Part shown: one piece after another, positions 38,289-47,106 of the stretch | Position numbering within the stretch: the first letter of the stretch is position 1 | Layout: each line of letters opens with the position of its first letter | Assembly (NCBI GenBank): GCA_964454265.1 | Contig: CAYVXD010000002.1 | Location: 888-64,887, forward strand | Length of the DNA stretch: 64,000 nt | Reading direction: 5' to 3' | Origin: an uncultured Candidatus Sumerlaeota bacterium | GTDB lineage: Bacteria; Sumerlaeota; Sumerlaeia; MWCT01; JAUWMI01 | Translations under genes and position numbers: made by a program | The notes under the pieces: model-generated | The model's input: the letters and a program-made list of their open reading frames with translations, nothing else | The model's database searches: none | What the model was told of the DNA's origin: nothing

Positions 38289-39170
38289 TTAGTGTTTCAT
38301 TAGTGCCTCGGTCCCGTGAATGATGTCGAGCAGTTCCTTCGTGATCGATGCCTGACGCGCCTTGTTGAGCTTTAGCGTCAGCGTATCCACCAGATCCTCG
38401 CAGTTTTTCGTAGCATTGTTCATGGCTATCATCCGCGCACTATGCTCGGCGGTTAGACTTTCCGCAAGGGCGATTGTCACACGTGCCTTCACGTATTGCG
38501 GCACGAGCTGTTCGACTACGCGATCCATCGTTGGCTCGACGATGTAATCAATTTCGGCCCTATCGGAGTGCCCGGATTCGGGCAACCCGGCAGCTGATTC
38601 AATGGGGAGAAGCTGCTCCACTATGGGCTTACCTGTTAAGCGTGTCACAAAGGTTGTATAGAGTAAGTAAACAGCATCAGCCGCTCCGCTGACAAATTGT
38701 GTAAGCAAGAATTGGGCGATAGGTGTGGCCTGGCCAAGATCAAGTCGTTGGCTGAGATCCGTCCATTGCCTGATAATAGTCTGCTCATGTCGGGAAAAGT
38801 AGCGAGCCCCCTTCTTGCCAATACAGACCATAGCCGTGCTTGCTGCCGTAAGTTCTTCGAGAAATGCATTTGCCCGAGTAATGATTGTGCTGTTAAAAGC
38901 ACCACATAATCCGCGGTCGCCGGTAATGACGAGGAGAATGACACGCCGTGCCTCCCGCGGAGCAAAAAATACATAATTCTGCATCTGGGGCGCAGCGGTC
39001 AGCCGGACAAGAAGATCCTGGAAGTGCTTGGCGTAAGGGCGCGCAGCGAACAAAATAGCCTCGATGCGTCTGAGCTTTGATGCGGAGATCATGCCCATTG
39101 CACGTGTCATTTGCTTTGTATTCTGCACCGAGCGAATTCGACGTCGTAGCTGTCTGAATGATTCTGGCAT
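38289..39170 (-). CDS. atpG: F1 ATP synthase gamma subunit
   Basis: LRRRIRSVQNTKQMTRAMGMISASKLRR at the N-terminus and ITKELLDIIHG at the C-terminus. Confidence 0.95.
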   Translation of the reverse strand: MPESFRQLRRRIRSVQNTKQMTRAMGMISASKLRRIEAILFAARPYAKHFQDLLVRLTAAPQMQNYVFFAPREARRVILLVITGDRGLCGAFNSTIITRANAFLEELTAASTAMVCIGKKGARYFSRHEQTIIRQWTDLSQRLDLGQATPIAQFLLTQFVSGAADAVYLLYTTFVTRLTGKPIVEQLLPIESAAGLPESGHSDRAEIDYIVEPTMDRVVEQLVPQYVKARVTIALAESLTAEHSARMIAMNNATKNCEDLVDTLTLKLNKARQASITKELLDIIHGTEALMKH

Positions 39171-39228
39171 TGTTTAAGGCACCTAACAGAAAGAGATGCC
39201 AAGCCGCACCGAGAATTAAATTCGGTTT

Positions 39229-39255
39229 GTAGGGGCGGGGTCACCCCGCCCCTAC
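39229..39255. repeat. Perfect 12-bp-stem hairpin GTAGGGGCGGGG-tca-CCCCGCCCCTAC overlapping the atpA stop
   Basis: Read directly. The loop 'tca' (39241..39243) is the atpA TGA stop on the minus strand. Confidence 0.9.
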
Positions 39256-40800
39256 AGCTTCTTTCCCCGACTCCCTGGATTGCTCCTTCTGGTGTCCTGT
39301 AAACTGGCTCTTAAACTCCTTTATGGCCTTGATCATTTTCTCCTGTAACTTGTCGGACAACTCTTTGGCTGTATCAATTTCGTGAGCGATATCGGGATAA
39401 TGCTTTTCGTGATATGCTTTAAATTCGCGCTCAAAGCGCAGTACGTCCACAACCGGCAGATCGTCGAGAAACCCCTGCGTCGCCACGAAAATAATAATTA
39501 CTTGGTCGGACAACAGCATAGGGGTATATTGCTCCTGTTTCAATATCTCCACCAGTCGCTCTCCGCGAGTGAGCTGATCGCGGGTAGCTTTGTCCAGATC
39601 AGAGCCAAACTGTGCAAACGCTGCGAGCTCACGGTATTGCGCAAGGTCAAGCCTGAGCTTTCCTCCAACGTGTTTCATCGCTTTGGTCTGTGCATGTCCA
39701 CCCACGCGCGAGACCGAAATGCCCACATTAATCGCCGGCCGCACACCGGCATAGAAAAGATCCGGCTCCAGGTAGATCTGGCCGTCTGTGATCGAGATCA
39801 CGTTGGTCGGTATGTATGATGAGATGTCGCCTGCCTGGGTTTCGATAATAGGGATTGCAGTGAGGGAACCGCCTTTGAGATCGTCACGCAGCTTGGCTGC
39901 CCGCTCGAGAAGCCGACTGTGGAGGTAGAACACGTCGCCGGGATATGCTTCGCGCCCCGGCGGACGACGCAGAAGCAAGGAGAGCTGGCGATAGGCGGCC
40001 GCATGCTTGGAGAGATCGTCGTAGATAACCAGCGCGTGTTTACCATTGTACAGATATTCTTCGCCCATGGCACACCCTGCGTAGGGCGCAATATAAAGCA
40101 GAGAGGCTGGTTCATCAGCGGTAGCAGCGACAACGGTAGTATGGTCCATCGCGCCATGCTTTTTAAGTATGTCTACCACCTCTGCGACGCTGGAGGCTTT
40201 TTGTCCGATAGCGACATAGATGCAATGGACATCTGTGTTTCTCTGATTTATAATCGTATCTACTACAATAGCCCCCTTACCTGTCTGGCGGTCGCCGATG
40301 ATGAGTTCGCGCTGCCCGCGGCCAATAGGGATCATCGAATCAATTGCCTTGAGGCCAGTCATCAGAGGTTCCTTCACGGGTTGGCGTGATACCACGTTTG
40401 GCGCCTTGAACTCGATAGGGCGAAATTTCTCTGTAGCGATTGGCCCTTTTCCATCAATTGGCTGACCCAGGGAATTCACCACACGGCCAAGCAGCGCATC
40501 ACCCACGGGAACCGAAGAAATTCGGCCTGTCCGCTTGACAATATCGCCTTCTTTAATACCAGTATCAGAGCCGAATAGAGCTGCACCGACGCTGGTCTCG
40601 TCGAGGTTCAAAACAACGCCCATAATGCCACCGGGGAACTCCAGAAGCTCCCCGGCCATTGCTTTCTGAAGGCCGTAGATCGTGGCGATTGAGTCGCCGA
40701 TCTTGAGGATTGTGCCAATATCTTCAATCTCAAGGGTGCTCTGATACTTTTCCAGCTCTTGCTCCAGGATTCTGGTTATCTCTTCAGGTCGCAGTGCCAT
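39241..40800 (-). CDS. atpA: F1 ATP synthase alpha subunit (with a ~15-aa C-terminal tail)
   Basis: [11 protein letters not shown]-loop. The 519-aa ORF ends ...[17 protein letters not shown]. Confidence 0.97.
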   Translation of the reverse strand: MALRPEEITRILEQELEKYQSTLEIEDIGTILKIGDSIATIYGLQKAMAGELLEFPGGIMGVVLNLDETSVGAALFGSDTGIKEGDIVKRTGRISSVPVGDALLGRVVNSLGQPIDGKGPIATEKFRPIEFKAPNVVSRQPVKEPLMTGLKAIDSMIPIGRGQRELIIGDRQTGKGAIVVDTIINQRNTDVHCIYVAIGQKASSVAEVVDILKKHGAMDHTTVVAATADEPASLLYIAPYAGCAMGEEYLYNGKHALVIYDDLSKHAAAYRQLSLLLRRPPGREAYPGDVFYLHSRLLERAAKLRDDLKGGSLTAIPIIETQAGDISSYIPTNVISITDGQIYLEPDLFYAGVRPAINVGISVSRVGGHAQTKAMKHVGGKLRLDLAQYRELAAFAQFGSDLDKATRDQLTRGERLVEILKQEQYTPMLLSDQVIIIFVATQGFLDDLPVVDVLRFEREFKAYHEKHYPDIAHEIDTAKELSDKLQEKMIKAIKEFKSQFTGHQKEQSRESGKEAVGAG

Positions 40801-40867
40801 AGAACATGCCTCGTTTGTTCTGCTTCAGCCCGTTCCATTTCCTGCAGGAATGAAACGGCGCATTTCT

Positions 40868-41431
40868 TTACTCTTCAAACAGCGAGACCTCCTGCAGTCT
40901 CGTCTTCAGTCTCTTCAGCTCTTCCTGCACGCTCGCGTCAACCACCTCGTCCTGATGCTGGAAGATGATTCCACCGAGAATCTGCGGTTCTACACGGTAG
41001 CTCAGGCGTAGCGGGATGCCGGTAAATTTCTCAAGAGCTTTGTGGAGGGGTGGCTTCTGGTCTTCCGCAAGTGTGATGGCTGTGATTACAATACCCGAAT
41101 AGATGCCCTTATGTTCTTGAAGGAGTTTGTGATACTCAAGCAGGACGGGTTCGACATAAGCGACACGTCCTCTTGCCGTCAGGAGCAGGAGCAGATTAAA
41201 GATAGGTTGGGCGTAGGCGTCACGAAAAAGTTTTGCCAGGACGGCCTGCTTGTCGGACAATGCGATTGTTGGGGCTTCAAGGAAAAAGCGCAGTCGGGCA
41301 TTCTGTTGATACAGCTGAGCAAGTTCCTGAGCCTGGCGGGCAATAGACTCGATGGCCTGCTGCTTAAGCGCCACGTTAAAGAGCGCGTGCGCATAGGCTT
41401 GTGTAACGCTACGGTCAATTTCTTCCGGCAT
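40868..41431 (-). CDS. atpH: F1 ATP synthase delta subunit (OSCP)
   Basis: 187 aa in operon position. YAHALFNVA at the N-terminus and LGGIIFQ-x-x-DEVVDASV at the C-terminus. Confidence 0.9.
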   Translation of the reverse strand: MPEEIDRSVTQAYAHALFNVALKQQAIESIARQAQELAQLYQQNARLRFFLEAPTIALSDKQAVLAKLFRDAYAQPIFNLLLLLTARGRVAYVEPVLLEYHKLLQEHKGIYSGIVITAITLAEDQKPPLHKALEKFTGIPLRLSYRVEPQILGGIIFQHQDEVVDASVQEELKRLKTRLQEVSLFEE

Positions 41432-41952
41432 CAGTTTTTCTCTATGGTATCAATGAATGATGATATAAGCTGGCGATGTTTTGCCTCGTCCAGGCGCTCT
41501 TTAATAATCTTCTCCGTGGCCAGCAAAGTCATTTTGATAATGTCTTGTTTCAGCTGCAGCCGGGCTTTGGCGACTTCCAGCTCGATATTCTGTTGCGCCT
41601 TGTCGGTAATCTGGCGAGCATCCTGGCGCGCCTTATCTGCGATTTGCTGCGCCATGCGGCGACCGTCTGCAATGGCGTCCTGGATGATACGGCGCGCTTC
41701 GACATCAATGTTTTTTAGCTTTTCGTTGTAGTCGTGGTCTAGTTCAATAAATTTTTCTTCCAGCGCTTTGATGCGGTCGAACTCTGAGGAAATTTTCTCC
41801 TTGCGCTCATCAAGCAGTTGGAGCAAGCGACCCCAGGCAAACTTTTTCAGAACCCAGACAAATACCAGGAAGGCAATTATCTGCGTCACAATCTCAGCAA
41901 TGGCTTCATGGACCTTGGGGTCGCTCAAGGTTGTAAGCAGCGATTGCAGCAC
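41431..41952 (-). CDS. atpF: Fo ATP synthase b subunit
   Basis: 173 aa with a single N-terminal TM segment followed by a long charged helix. In operon position. Confidence 0.9.
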   Translation of the reverse strand: MLQSLLTTLSDPKVHEAIAEIVTQIIAFLVFVWVLKKFAWGRLLQLLDERKEKISSEFDRIKALEEKFIELDHDYNEKLKNIDVEARRIIQDAIADGRRMAQQIADKARQDARQITDKAQQNIELEVAKARLQLKQDIIKMTLLATEKIIKERLDEAKHRQLISSFIDTIEKN

Positions 41953-42047
41953 TCGTCACTCCTTTACGTAAGATAGGCGTAAGAGGCGCGCGCCAGCCTT
42001 GGTAGAACCCACGGATGGCACGTGCTATTGGTCCCTCAGAAGCTGCG

Positions 42048-42272
42048 TCAGCGCGCCAGGAAGATGGAAATCAGGGCGTAAATCGTGATTGCCTCAATGA
42101 ATGCGCAGCCAATGATCATGGAGGTCTGAATTTTACCTGCGGCCTCCGGCTGCCGGCCAATTGCCTCCATAGCAGAACTCACTGCGCGGCCCAGGCCGAA
42201 TGCTGATCCGAGCGCAGCAATTCCCAATCCGATTGGATACGCAAGCGACAGCGCAACATGTGGATCCATCAA
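42048..42272 (-). CDS. atpE: Fo ATP synthase c subunit
   Basis: 74-aa hairpin proteolipid with a GRQPE loop and the FIEA carboxylate. Confidence 0.95.
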   Translation of the reverse strand: MMDPHVALSLAYPIGLGIAALGSAFGLGRAVSSAMEAIGRQPEAAGKIQTSMIIGCAFIEAITIYALISIFLAR

Positions 42273-42331
42273 ACGTCTCCTCTCTTAAAGTCTAGAATAA
42301 TCACATCCACGTCTTGTCCCGTCTTGCCTGC

Positions 42332-43243
42332 TCAGGGCTGTTCCTCGTGCGGTAAGACCAGGAGTATATAGATCGTTGACAGAATCGCAAAAACCGCTGC
42401 CTGAACCGTTCCTAAAATGACCGCCAGGAAGAACGGAATAAGCTGAATGGGAAACCCGATTGGAATAGCCTCGAATCCTGTAAGTCCGAACAGTGCAATC
42501 CCGAAGACAACAAACGCGCCAATCAGTATATCTTCGCCCAAGACATTGCCAAAGAGACGCAATGAAAGGGAAACGGGCTTTGCCAGCTCCTGAACAATGT
42601 GCATGGGGAACATCAGCGGCACCATGCACCAGGCGATCACGTCACGCGGCTCGCCTGCCAGGTGGTCGAGGTAGCCCAGCACACCCCGCTTCGTGATGGC
42701 GACATACTGCACGTAAAGGAAGGTACAGAGCGCGAGCGCAATGGTTGTGCGATACGATGATGTAGGCGCCTTCATGAACGGAACAATGCCGCACAGGTTA
42801 TTAATCAGAATAAAAAAGAAGAGTGAACCAATGTAGGGAAGAAACCTACGTCCATTTTCCTTGCCCAGGATACCGCAGAGAAAATCGTGGAATTTCTCGA
42901 CCAGGAGTTCCAGAAAGTTCTGGAAGCGAGATGGTATCATGAGCCGGCGGCGTGTTCCGCGAATCACGATTACGCTAATGAGCACGACGATGAGCCAGGA
43001 GAAGACGGGATTTTCCCAGTGATGAAGGAATTTCACCACCGGCGTATCTTTTAGTGGACTTCGCGCAAGCACGGTGATGAAATTTGCGACTTCCGGTGGA
43101 CCTGTCTCCTCGGCTTCGGAGTGTGCCGTCGCTTCCGCATGTTCCGTTGTGACGGACACCTCAGCCTCCTGGTGCAAAGGAGAAAGTTGCTCTGTATTCC
43201 CTGTACCTGACAGTTGAAGCTGGTCTGAGTTAGAATCTGGCAT
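42332..43243 (-). CDS. atpB: Fo ATP synthase a subunit (with a ~60-aa N-terminal extension)
   Basis: SLSLRLFGN (essential Arg) motif, 5-6 TM segments, and operon position. Confidence 0.95.
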   Translation of the reverse strand: MPDSNSDQLQLSGTGNTEQLSPLHQEAEVSVTTEHAEATAHSEAEETGPPEVANFITVLARSPLKDTPVVKFLHHWENPVFSWLIVVLISVIVIRGTRRRLMIPSRFQNFLELLVEKFHDFLCGILGKENGRRFLPYIGSLFFFILINNLCGIVPFMKAPTSSYRTTIALALCTFLYVQYVAITKRGVLGYLDHLAGEPRDVIAWCMVPLMFPMHIVQELAKPVSLSLRLFGNVLGEDILIGAFVVFGIALFGLTGFEAIPIGFPIQLIPFFLAVILGTVQAAVFAILSTIYILLVLPHEEQP

Positions 43244-43245
43244 GA

Positions 43246-43650
43246 TTACTTAGAATCAGGACTCGTTCTGGTGCTCTGATTTTGTTGTGCCTGACTTGCC
43301 TCAATATACATTTTGCCGGCGGCCTTCAATATAAGAACGATAAATATCGTATTGAAACCGAACAGAAAGCCGGTTGTAGAAAATCCGCCGTTGCGGAAGA
43401 AGAGAAATGCAATAAAATAGAGCAGCGGGAATTTCACCACCGCCCAAATCAGGCTCCTGATCTTATTTCTCTCTGCAAACATTGCAACCACTAATTTTTC
43501 GATGAGCCAGAAATTTACAATGCTCAAACACGAGGTCACAGCATACTGCACTGCCCAGAGCATGCTGACGTAAACTGCGCCGTACAATCCTATGATGGCG
43601 GTTAGTATTAACGCAGTTATGCGCGTTCGTTTGAGAAATTCGCGTTTCAT
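43246..43650 (-). CDS. Small 4-TM membrane protein in the atpI position
   Basis: 134-aa hydrophobic ORF directly upstream of atpB. The call rests on position only. Confidence 0.5.
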   Translation of the reverse strand: MKREFLKRTRITALILTAIIGLYGAVYVSMLWAVQYAVTSCLSIVNFWLIEKLVVAMFAERNKIRSLIWAVVKFPLLYFIAFLFFRNGGFSTTGFLFGFNTIFIVLILKAAGKMYIEASQAQQNQSTRTSPDSK

Positions 43651-43662
43651 GCTAAGAATCGC

Positions 43663-43899
43663 CTATTTGTCCGCTGAGGATTTTTTGATTAATGTATACG
43701 TTTGATGCACGCCGGCAAACAAGCCCAAAAAGAGCATGATAAACTGGAACCAGGGGCTGGTGTGCAAGAGATCATCAATCAGGCGGCCAAGCACGTATCC
43801 GATTAGCGGGGACGCTAGCATAATCATGGGAATCATTGCCAGCGTGCCGATCTGACGAATCTGGCGATAGCGCTCCCGCCGATCGTCTTCCTGGGTCAT
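43663..43899 (-). CDS. AtpZ/AtpI family protein (ATPase_gene1)
   Basis: 78 aa with 2 TM segments and the pattern R-x-x-x-x-IG-x-x-x-x-I-x-x-x-x-x-x-x-PLIGY-x-LG-x-x-x-D. Confidence 0.7.
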   Translation of the reverse strand: MTQEDDRRERYRQIRQIGTLAMIPMIMLASPLIGYVLGRLIDDLLHTSPWFQFIMLFLGLFAGVHQTYTLIKKSSADK

Positions 43900-44097
43900 T
43901 TCGTGCGCCTTTCAATGCCATGCCACTGGAATGCTCACCCGACGATGAAGCTGTCTTACAACACTTCGTTATAGGACTTCGTAAGAACCCGGGTTTTTGA
44001 AACGATTGCCGGCTCGATTCTGTCCCGGCCCGGCATTCGATCGACACATTCAGGTGGGAATTTTGCGCTCATTCTTCCCACAAAACGAAGCGAATCC

Positions 44098-44125
44098 TAT
44101 ATACCAGAATGCGGGCGCTTATCAA
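44098..44125 (-). promoter_or_regulatory. Candidate sigma70-type promoter for the atp operon
   Basis: On the minus strand: TTGATA, a 16-nt spacer, then TATATA, about 195 nt upstream of the atpZ start. This is a pattern match only. Confidence 0.3.
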
Positions 44126-44337
44126 TGAAAAAAATGCGAGGGTTTTCTTATGTCTCCCAATGTCTACAATTTGAAACATCCTGCGAAACACCATGGCATT
44201 GCGATGATTTCCTGTTTGTGCGAAAGGCGTGGAATTTTCTTAGCAAAGATTGTGAGGCAGGAAGATATAAGCCGTTAGTGGATGTAATGGCAATTGAAGG
44301 GGTGAAATCTGCCCTAACGGGACAGGCAGGGAAGTGA

Positions 44338-44577
44338 TCATGCCTCCTGGGTGAGCGATGCATTCTTTTTGATCTTCTCTTCGCCTTTTACGTAAATTGC
44401 CATATCATAGAGTTCAGTATATCCGCAGAGGGTACAGGTGACAAAAAAGTACTTGCCGGTATTTGAAAAGAGTTTTGGGAAGCTAGGGGTAGGGAGCGCG
44501 ACTTTCTGGATAACGCCAGCCTTGCCCCGGCATTTCTGGCATTGGTATGTCTCGAGAATCCGTTCTTCAAAACCCAT
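44338..44577 (-). CDS. Zinc-ribbon domain protein (DUF2082-like)
   Basis: Two CxxC pairs (CQKC ... CTLC). The likely start is MGFEERI at 44577. Confidence 0.6.
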   Translation of the reverse strand: MGFEERILETYQCQKCRGKAGVIQKVALPTPSFPKLFSNTGKYFFVTCTLCGYTELYDMAIYVKGEEKIKKNASLTQEA

Positions 44578-44745
44578 TGTCCTTCTCCTTACCAAATCAA
44601 AAACAGTATTAATCTATATGCTGAGTTGGCATCATTTGCAAGTATTTTTACGGAGAGATGGCAAAGAGGTCCCCTTCATCCGTCAACCTTCGGTTCAGAT
44701 TAGAGGATGACGTTCGTTTAAAGGGATATATCCAGTCCGGCAATT

Positions 44746-44799
44746 GTAGGGGCGGGGTTTCCCCGCCCAGGGCGACCCACCGCGGCGGGTCGCCCCTAC
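44746..44799. repeat. Double GC-rich hairpin repeat
   Basis: Reads GTAGGGGCGGGG-ttt-CCCCGCCC then AGGGCGACCC-accgcggc-GGGTCGCCCCTAC. Confidence 0.85.
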
Positions 44800-44916
44800 G
44801 TCTCACCATCGATTCGTTTTTATACACCCTATTTATCCGAACAACCCAGAACCAATCAATGTCTTTATTTTAATTTAGCAGCTTTTTCAGAGGTTGACAG
44901 ATCAGGGCAAAGAGGC

Positions 44917-45972
44917 TCAATCTCTTCGTGCGGCGCTATATAGCCAGTAGAGCACGGCAATAGCAACACTTGCGCCTGTTCCATAGAAGAACTGAGGGTC
45001 GAGTTTGGTGGCGAGAACAGTGAACAGCACTGCCAGGATCGCCATTACCACTGACAGCACAACGGCCTTATCGTACTTGCCGACCGGCGCCTGTCCCTTT
45101 TCCACTTCGCCAGAATGGCCGTTCACTAACATCTGGTAGCGGTTATCTTTATAGTGGTAGGAGATGAACCAGAGTGGAACGTAGATGAGCTGGGTATCTT
45201 TAATGTAGGTTGTGGTATCAACATCGGTGGCTCTCGCGAATTTTCGTAGGGCCAGGCGACGTTGGTATTCGATGATCTGGTTGCGGGTGTGAGTTTCTGC
45301 GTTTTCGCGAATAATCTGGCCGTTAAGGATTGGAAGCGATTTAGCCAGCTCGAGGCTAAAGGGCTGGCTGCCTTTGCGGAAGTCGGTCTGGGTGCTGGTT
45401 TGCTCGCCCAGGCCGAAGTTCAGGACAAATCCACCCCAGTCGGCCTCAACGGATTGGCTGCCTGGGTTTAATGCTTCCAGGCCAAAGTAACGTTCCGGAT
45501 CCTGGCGTGCATAAATAGCCCAGTTGAGCGTTTGGGTGAATTCGCCAATCACAGGTGCATCGTATGTATCCATTCGACGCGACCGGCCAGAACCGACCCA
45601 GCGCACTTGCTTGTTCAAGCCGGCCCAAAAGGTTCGCGCCTCAATAGTAGTTACCCAGAAGGGGAGGAAGAAACCTTCGGTGGTATCAAAGACGGCTTGC
45701 TCATCAAGGTCAGCCGCCTTGAGGAACCCTTTGCTCATCCATTCTTGGCAGATTTGCTGGATTTGCGCTTTTGTATACCTATTCGGAATTATTCTGTGGT
45801 TTTCGACCTTCACAATTCGGTTGAAGCCAGTAAGCATATTGGTGGTTCCGCAGTAGGAGCAGGAAATGAGATATTCTCCCTCCACGTACTTGATGGGTGC
45901 GCCGCAGCTCGTGCATTTGAGTGTCCTGGTGACTTCAGGAGTCTCGGCTTTTGCTGGAATGTTTTCTGACAT
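44917..45972 (-). CDS. Membrane-anchored protein with N-terminal zinc ribbon
   Basis: CTSCGAPIKYVEGEYLISCSYCG at the N-terminus and two C-terminal TM segments. I chose the start at 45972 (GGAGGAA upstream) over the track's 46005. Confidence 0.6.
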   Translation of the reverse strand: MSENIPAKAETPEVTRTLKCTSCGAPIKYVEGEYLISCSYCGTTNMLTGFNRIVKVENHRIIPNRYTKAQIQQICQEWMSKGFLKAADLDEQAVFDTTEGFFLPFWVTTIEARTFWAGLNKQVRWVGSGRSRRMDTYDAPVIGEFTQTLNWAIYARQDPERYFGLEALNPGSQSVEADWGGFVLNFGLGEQTSTQTDFRKGSQPFSLELAKSLPILNGQIIRENAETHTRNQIIEYQRRLALRKFARATDVDTTTYIKDTQLIYVPLWFISYHYKDNRYQMLVNGHSGEVEKGQAPVGKYDKAVVLSVVMAILAVLFTVLATKLDPQFFYGTGASVAIAVLYWLYSAARRD

Positions 45973-46125
45973 TAGCGGTATTCCTCCCACGCAGCCTGCC
46001 GGCACGGAACTATACGTTTACCACAAGTTGAAATGTTAGCAAGCCAAAGACTCAACGCAAGGGAAAAGTTGCAGACGCACATTGAAAGAATTGTTGTAAC
46101 CATAGCTGACTAAGAGCCCGCTATT

Positions 46126-46342
46126 GCTCTGTTGAAAACCTTAGACCATACAAAAGAGGATATTGAAAATGATGGGTTCGCCACCTTGACGTAGCACGGG
46201 CGTCTCGCCCGTGTGGATTGACAACTATGGCACAAAGATCATCCGCCTAGGCGGATGCCACGTTATCAGAGCCACATTGACACTCCAAGTAGAATGGCGG
46301 TTCGATTTATTTCTGGCAGGATGTAAGGCTTTTCAACAGAGC
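46126..46342. repeat. MITE-like element: 17-18-nt terminal inverted repeats enclosing two GC hairpins
   Basis: The terminal repeats are gctctgttgaaaacctt (46126..46142) and aaggcttttcaacagagc (46325..46342). The internal hairpins are CACGGGCG-tct-CGCCCGTG (46195..46213) and CATCCGCCTAGGCGGATG (46240..46257). Confidence 0.5.
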
Positions 46343-46468
46343 ATGCGTCTGTAAAAAAAGGATTGATTTTACGGATGCACAATGACATAAAATTATAACG
46401 TAATGCTGTCGCGGAAGGGCCTGATTCGTCTCAGCCTTTTCCATCCTTCCCTTGAGTTGACCAGTTGT

Positions 46469-46545
46469 CGGGGCGTAGCGCAGTTGGCTAGCGCGCAGCG
46501 TTCGGGACGCTGAGGTCGGGGGTTCAAGTCCCCCCGCCCCGACCA
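46469..46545 (+). tRNA. tRNA-Pro (anticodon CGG), CCA encoded
   Basis: A manual cloverleaf folds cleanly. Acceptor CGGGGCG/CGCCCCG, D stem GCGC/GCGC, anticodon stem CAGCG/CGCTG with loop TTCGGGA, T arm GGGGG-TTCAAGT-CCCCC, discriminator A plus CCA. Total 77 nt. Confidence 0.95.
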
Positions 46546-46668
46546 GATGCAACTTTGCGAATTTATGGGGTAATATGGCAGAAGATATTTATAAATGCTT
46601 GTGAGAAAGCAAAAATACAAAAAACAGTAACAGTCCATGCCCTCAGGCATAGTTTTGCAACCCACCTT

Positions 46669-46693
46669 CACGCCGGAGGCGCATTTTCAACTT
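46669..46693. repeat. Left copy of a 25-nt perfect inverted repeat inside the recombinase remnant
   Basis: cacgccggaggcgcattttcaactt is the exact reverse complement of 46741..46765. Confidence 0.95.
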
Positions 46694-46740
46694 GAGTGCG
46701 GAACTGACCTGAGGTACATTCAAGAGATTTCAGGGCATAA

Positions 46741-46765
46741 AAGTTGAAAATGCGCCTCCGGCGTG
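46741..46765. repeat. Right copy of the 25-nt perfect inverted repeat
   Basis: Reads aagttgaaaatgcgcctccggcgtg. Confidence 0.95.
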
Positions 46766-46892
46766 CAGTAAGACTACCGAAATCTATACGCAAGTGAGCA
46801 CTAAAGATATTGGAAGAATCAAAAGTCCACTGGATAGTCTGAATATAATCAAGGGGCGTAATAAGTGACAAAATTTGTCAATGCGAAGGGGA

Positions 46893-46992
46893 CCTCTGGT
46901 TCAGCCAGAGGGAGGTATATCCGAACATAGTTCGTCTATACCTCCAACTTAGGCGGATATCCGAACTCGGTTCGCATGTGAACGAGTTAGAT
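46893..46992 (+). promoter_or_regulatory. Structured attI-like/operator-like region upstream of the ATPase gene
   Basis: It opens with the hairpins CCTCTGG-ttcag-CCAGAGG and GGAGGTATA...TATACCTCC. Two direct copies of ATATCCGAAC-N3-GTTCG follow, at 46917 and 46957 (40 nt apart). A perfect GTTRRRY core (GTTAGAT, 46986..46992) closes the region. Confidence 0.45.
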
Positions 46993-47106
46993 GCAATTGG
47001 ACAGGAAATAACACTGAAAAGGAAAATGCTGCGTGATGAGGAAAAACACAAAATTGGTAACAAGGTGTGGGAGAGTGTATCAAAAAGATGAACTTTCAAG
47101 GGGGAT

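Larger units (their letters stand above)
46549..46868 (+). pseudogene. Tyrosine recombinase (IntI/Xer-like), C-terminal ~85 codons only, disrupted by two 25-nt insertions
   Basis: Manual translation gives ...[24 protein letters not shown] / [17 protein letters not shown] / [24 protein letters not shown]...*. These are the box II HxLRH motif and the catalytic Tyr. The N-terminal ~250 aa are missing. Confidence 0.75.

Noticed and set aside
44125-44337. 70-aa plus-strand ORF in the atp upstream region
   Set aside because: It has no RBS or recognisable motif, and it lies where the atp promoter and leader are expected. It is left unannotated.
46307-46671. ORFs 46307..46552 and 46393..46671 (minus strand)
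   Set aside because: They overlap the tRNA-Pro gene and the recombinase remnant on the opposite strand, so they are spurious.
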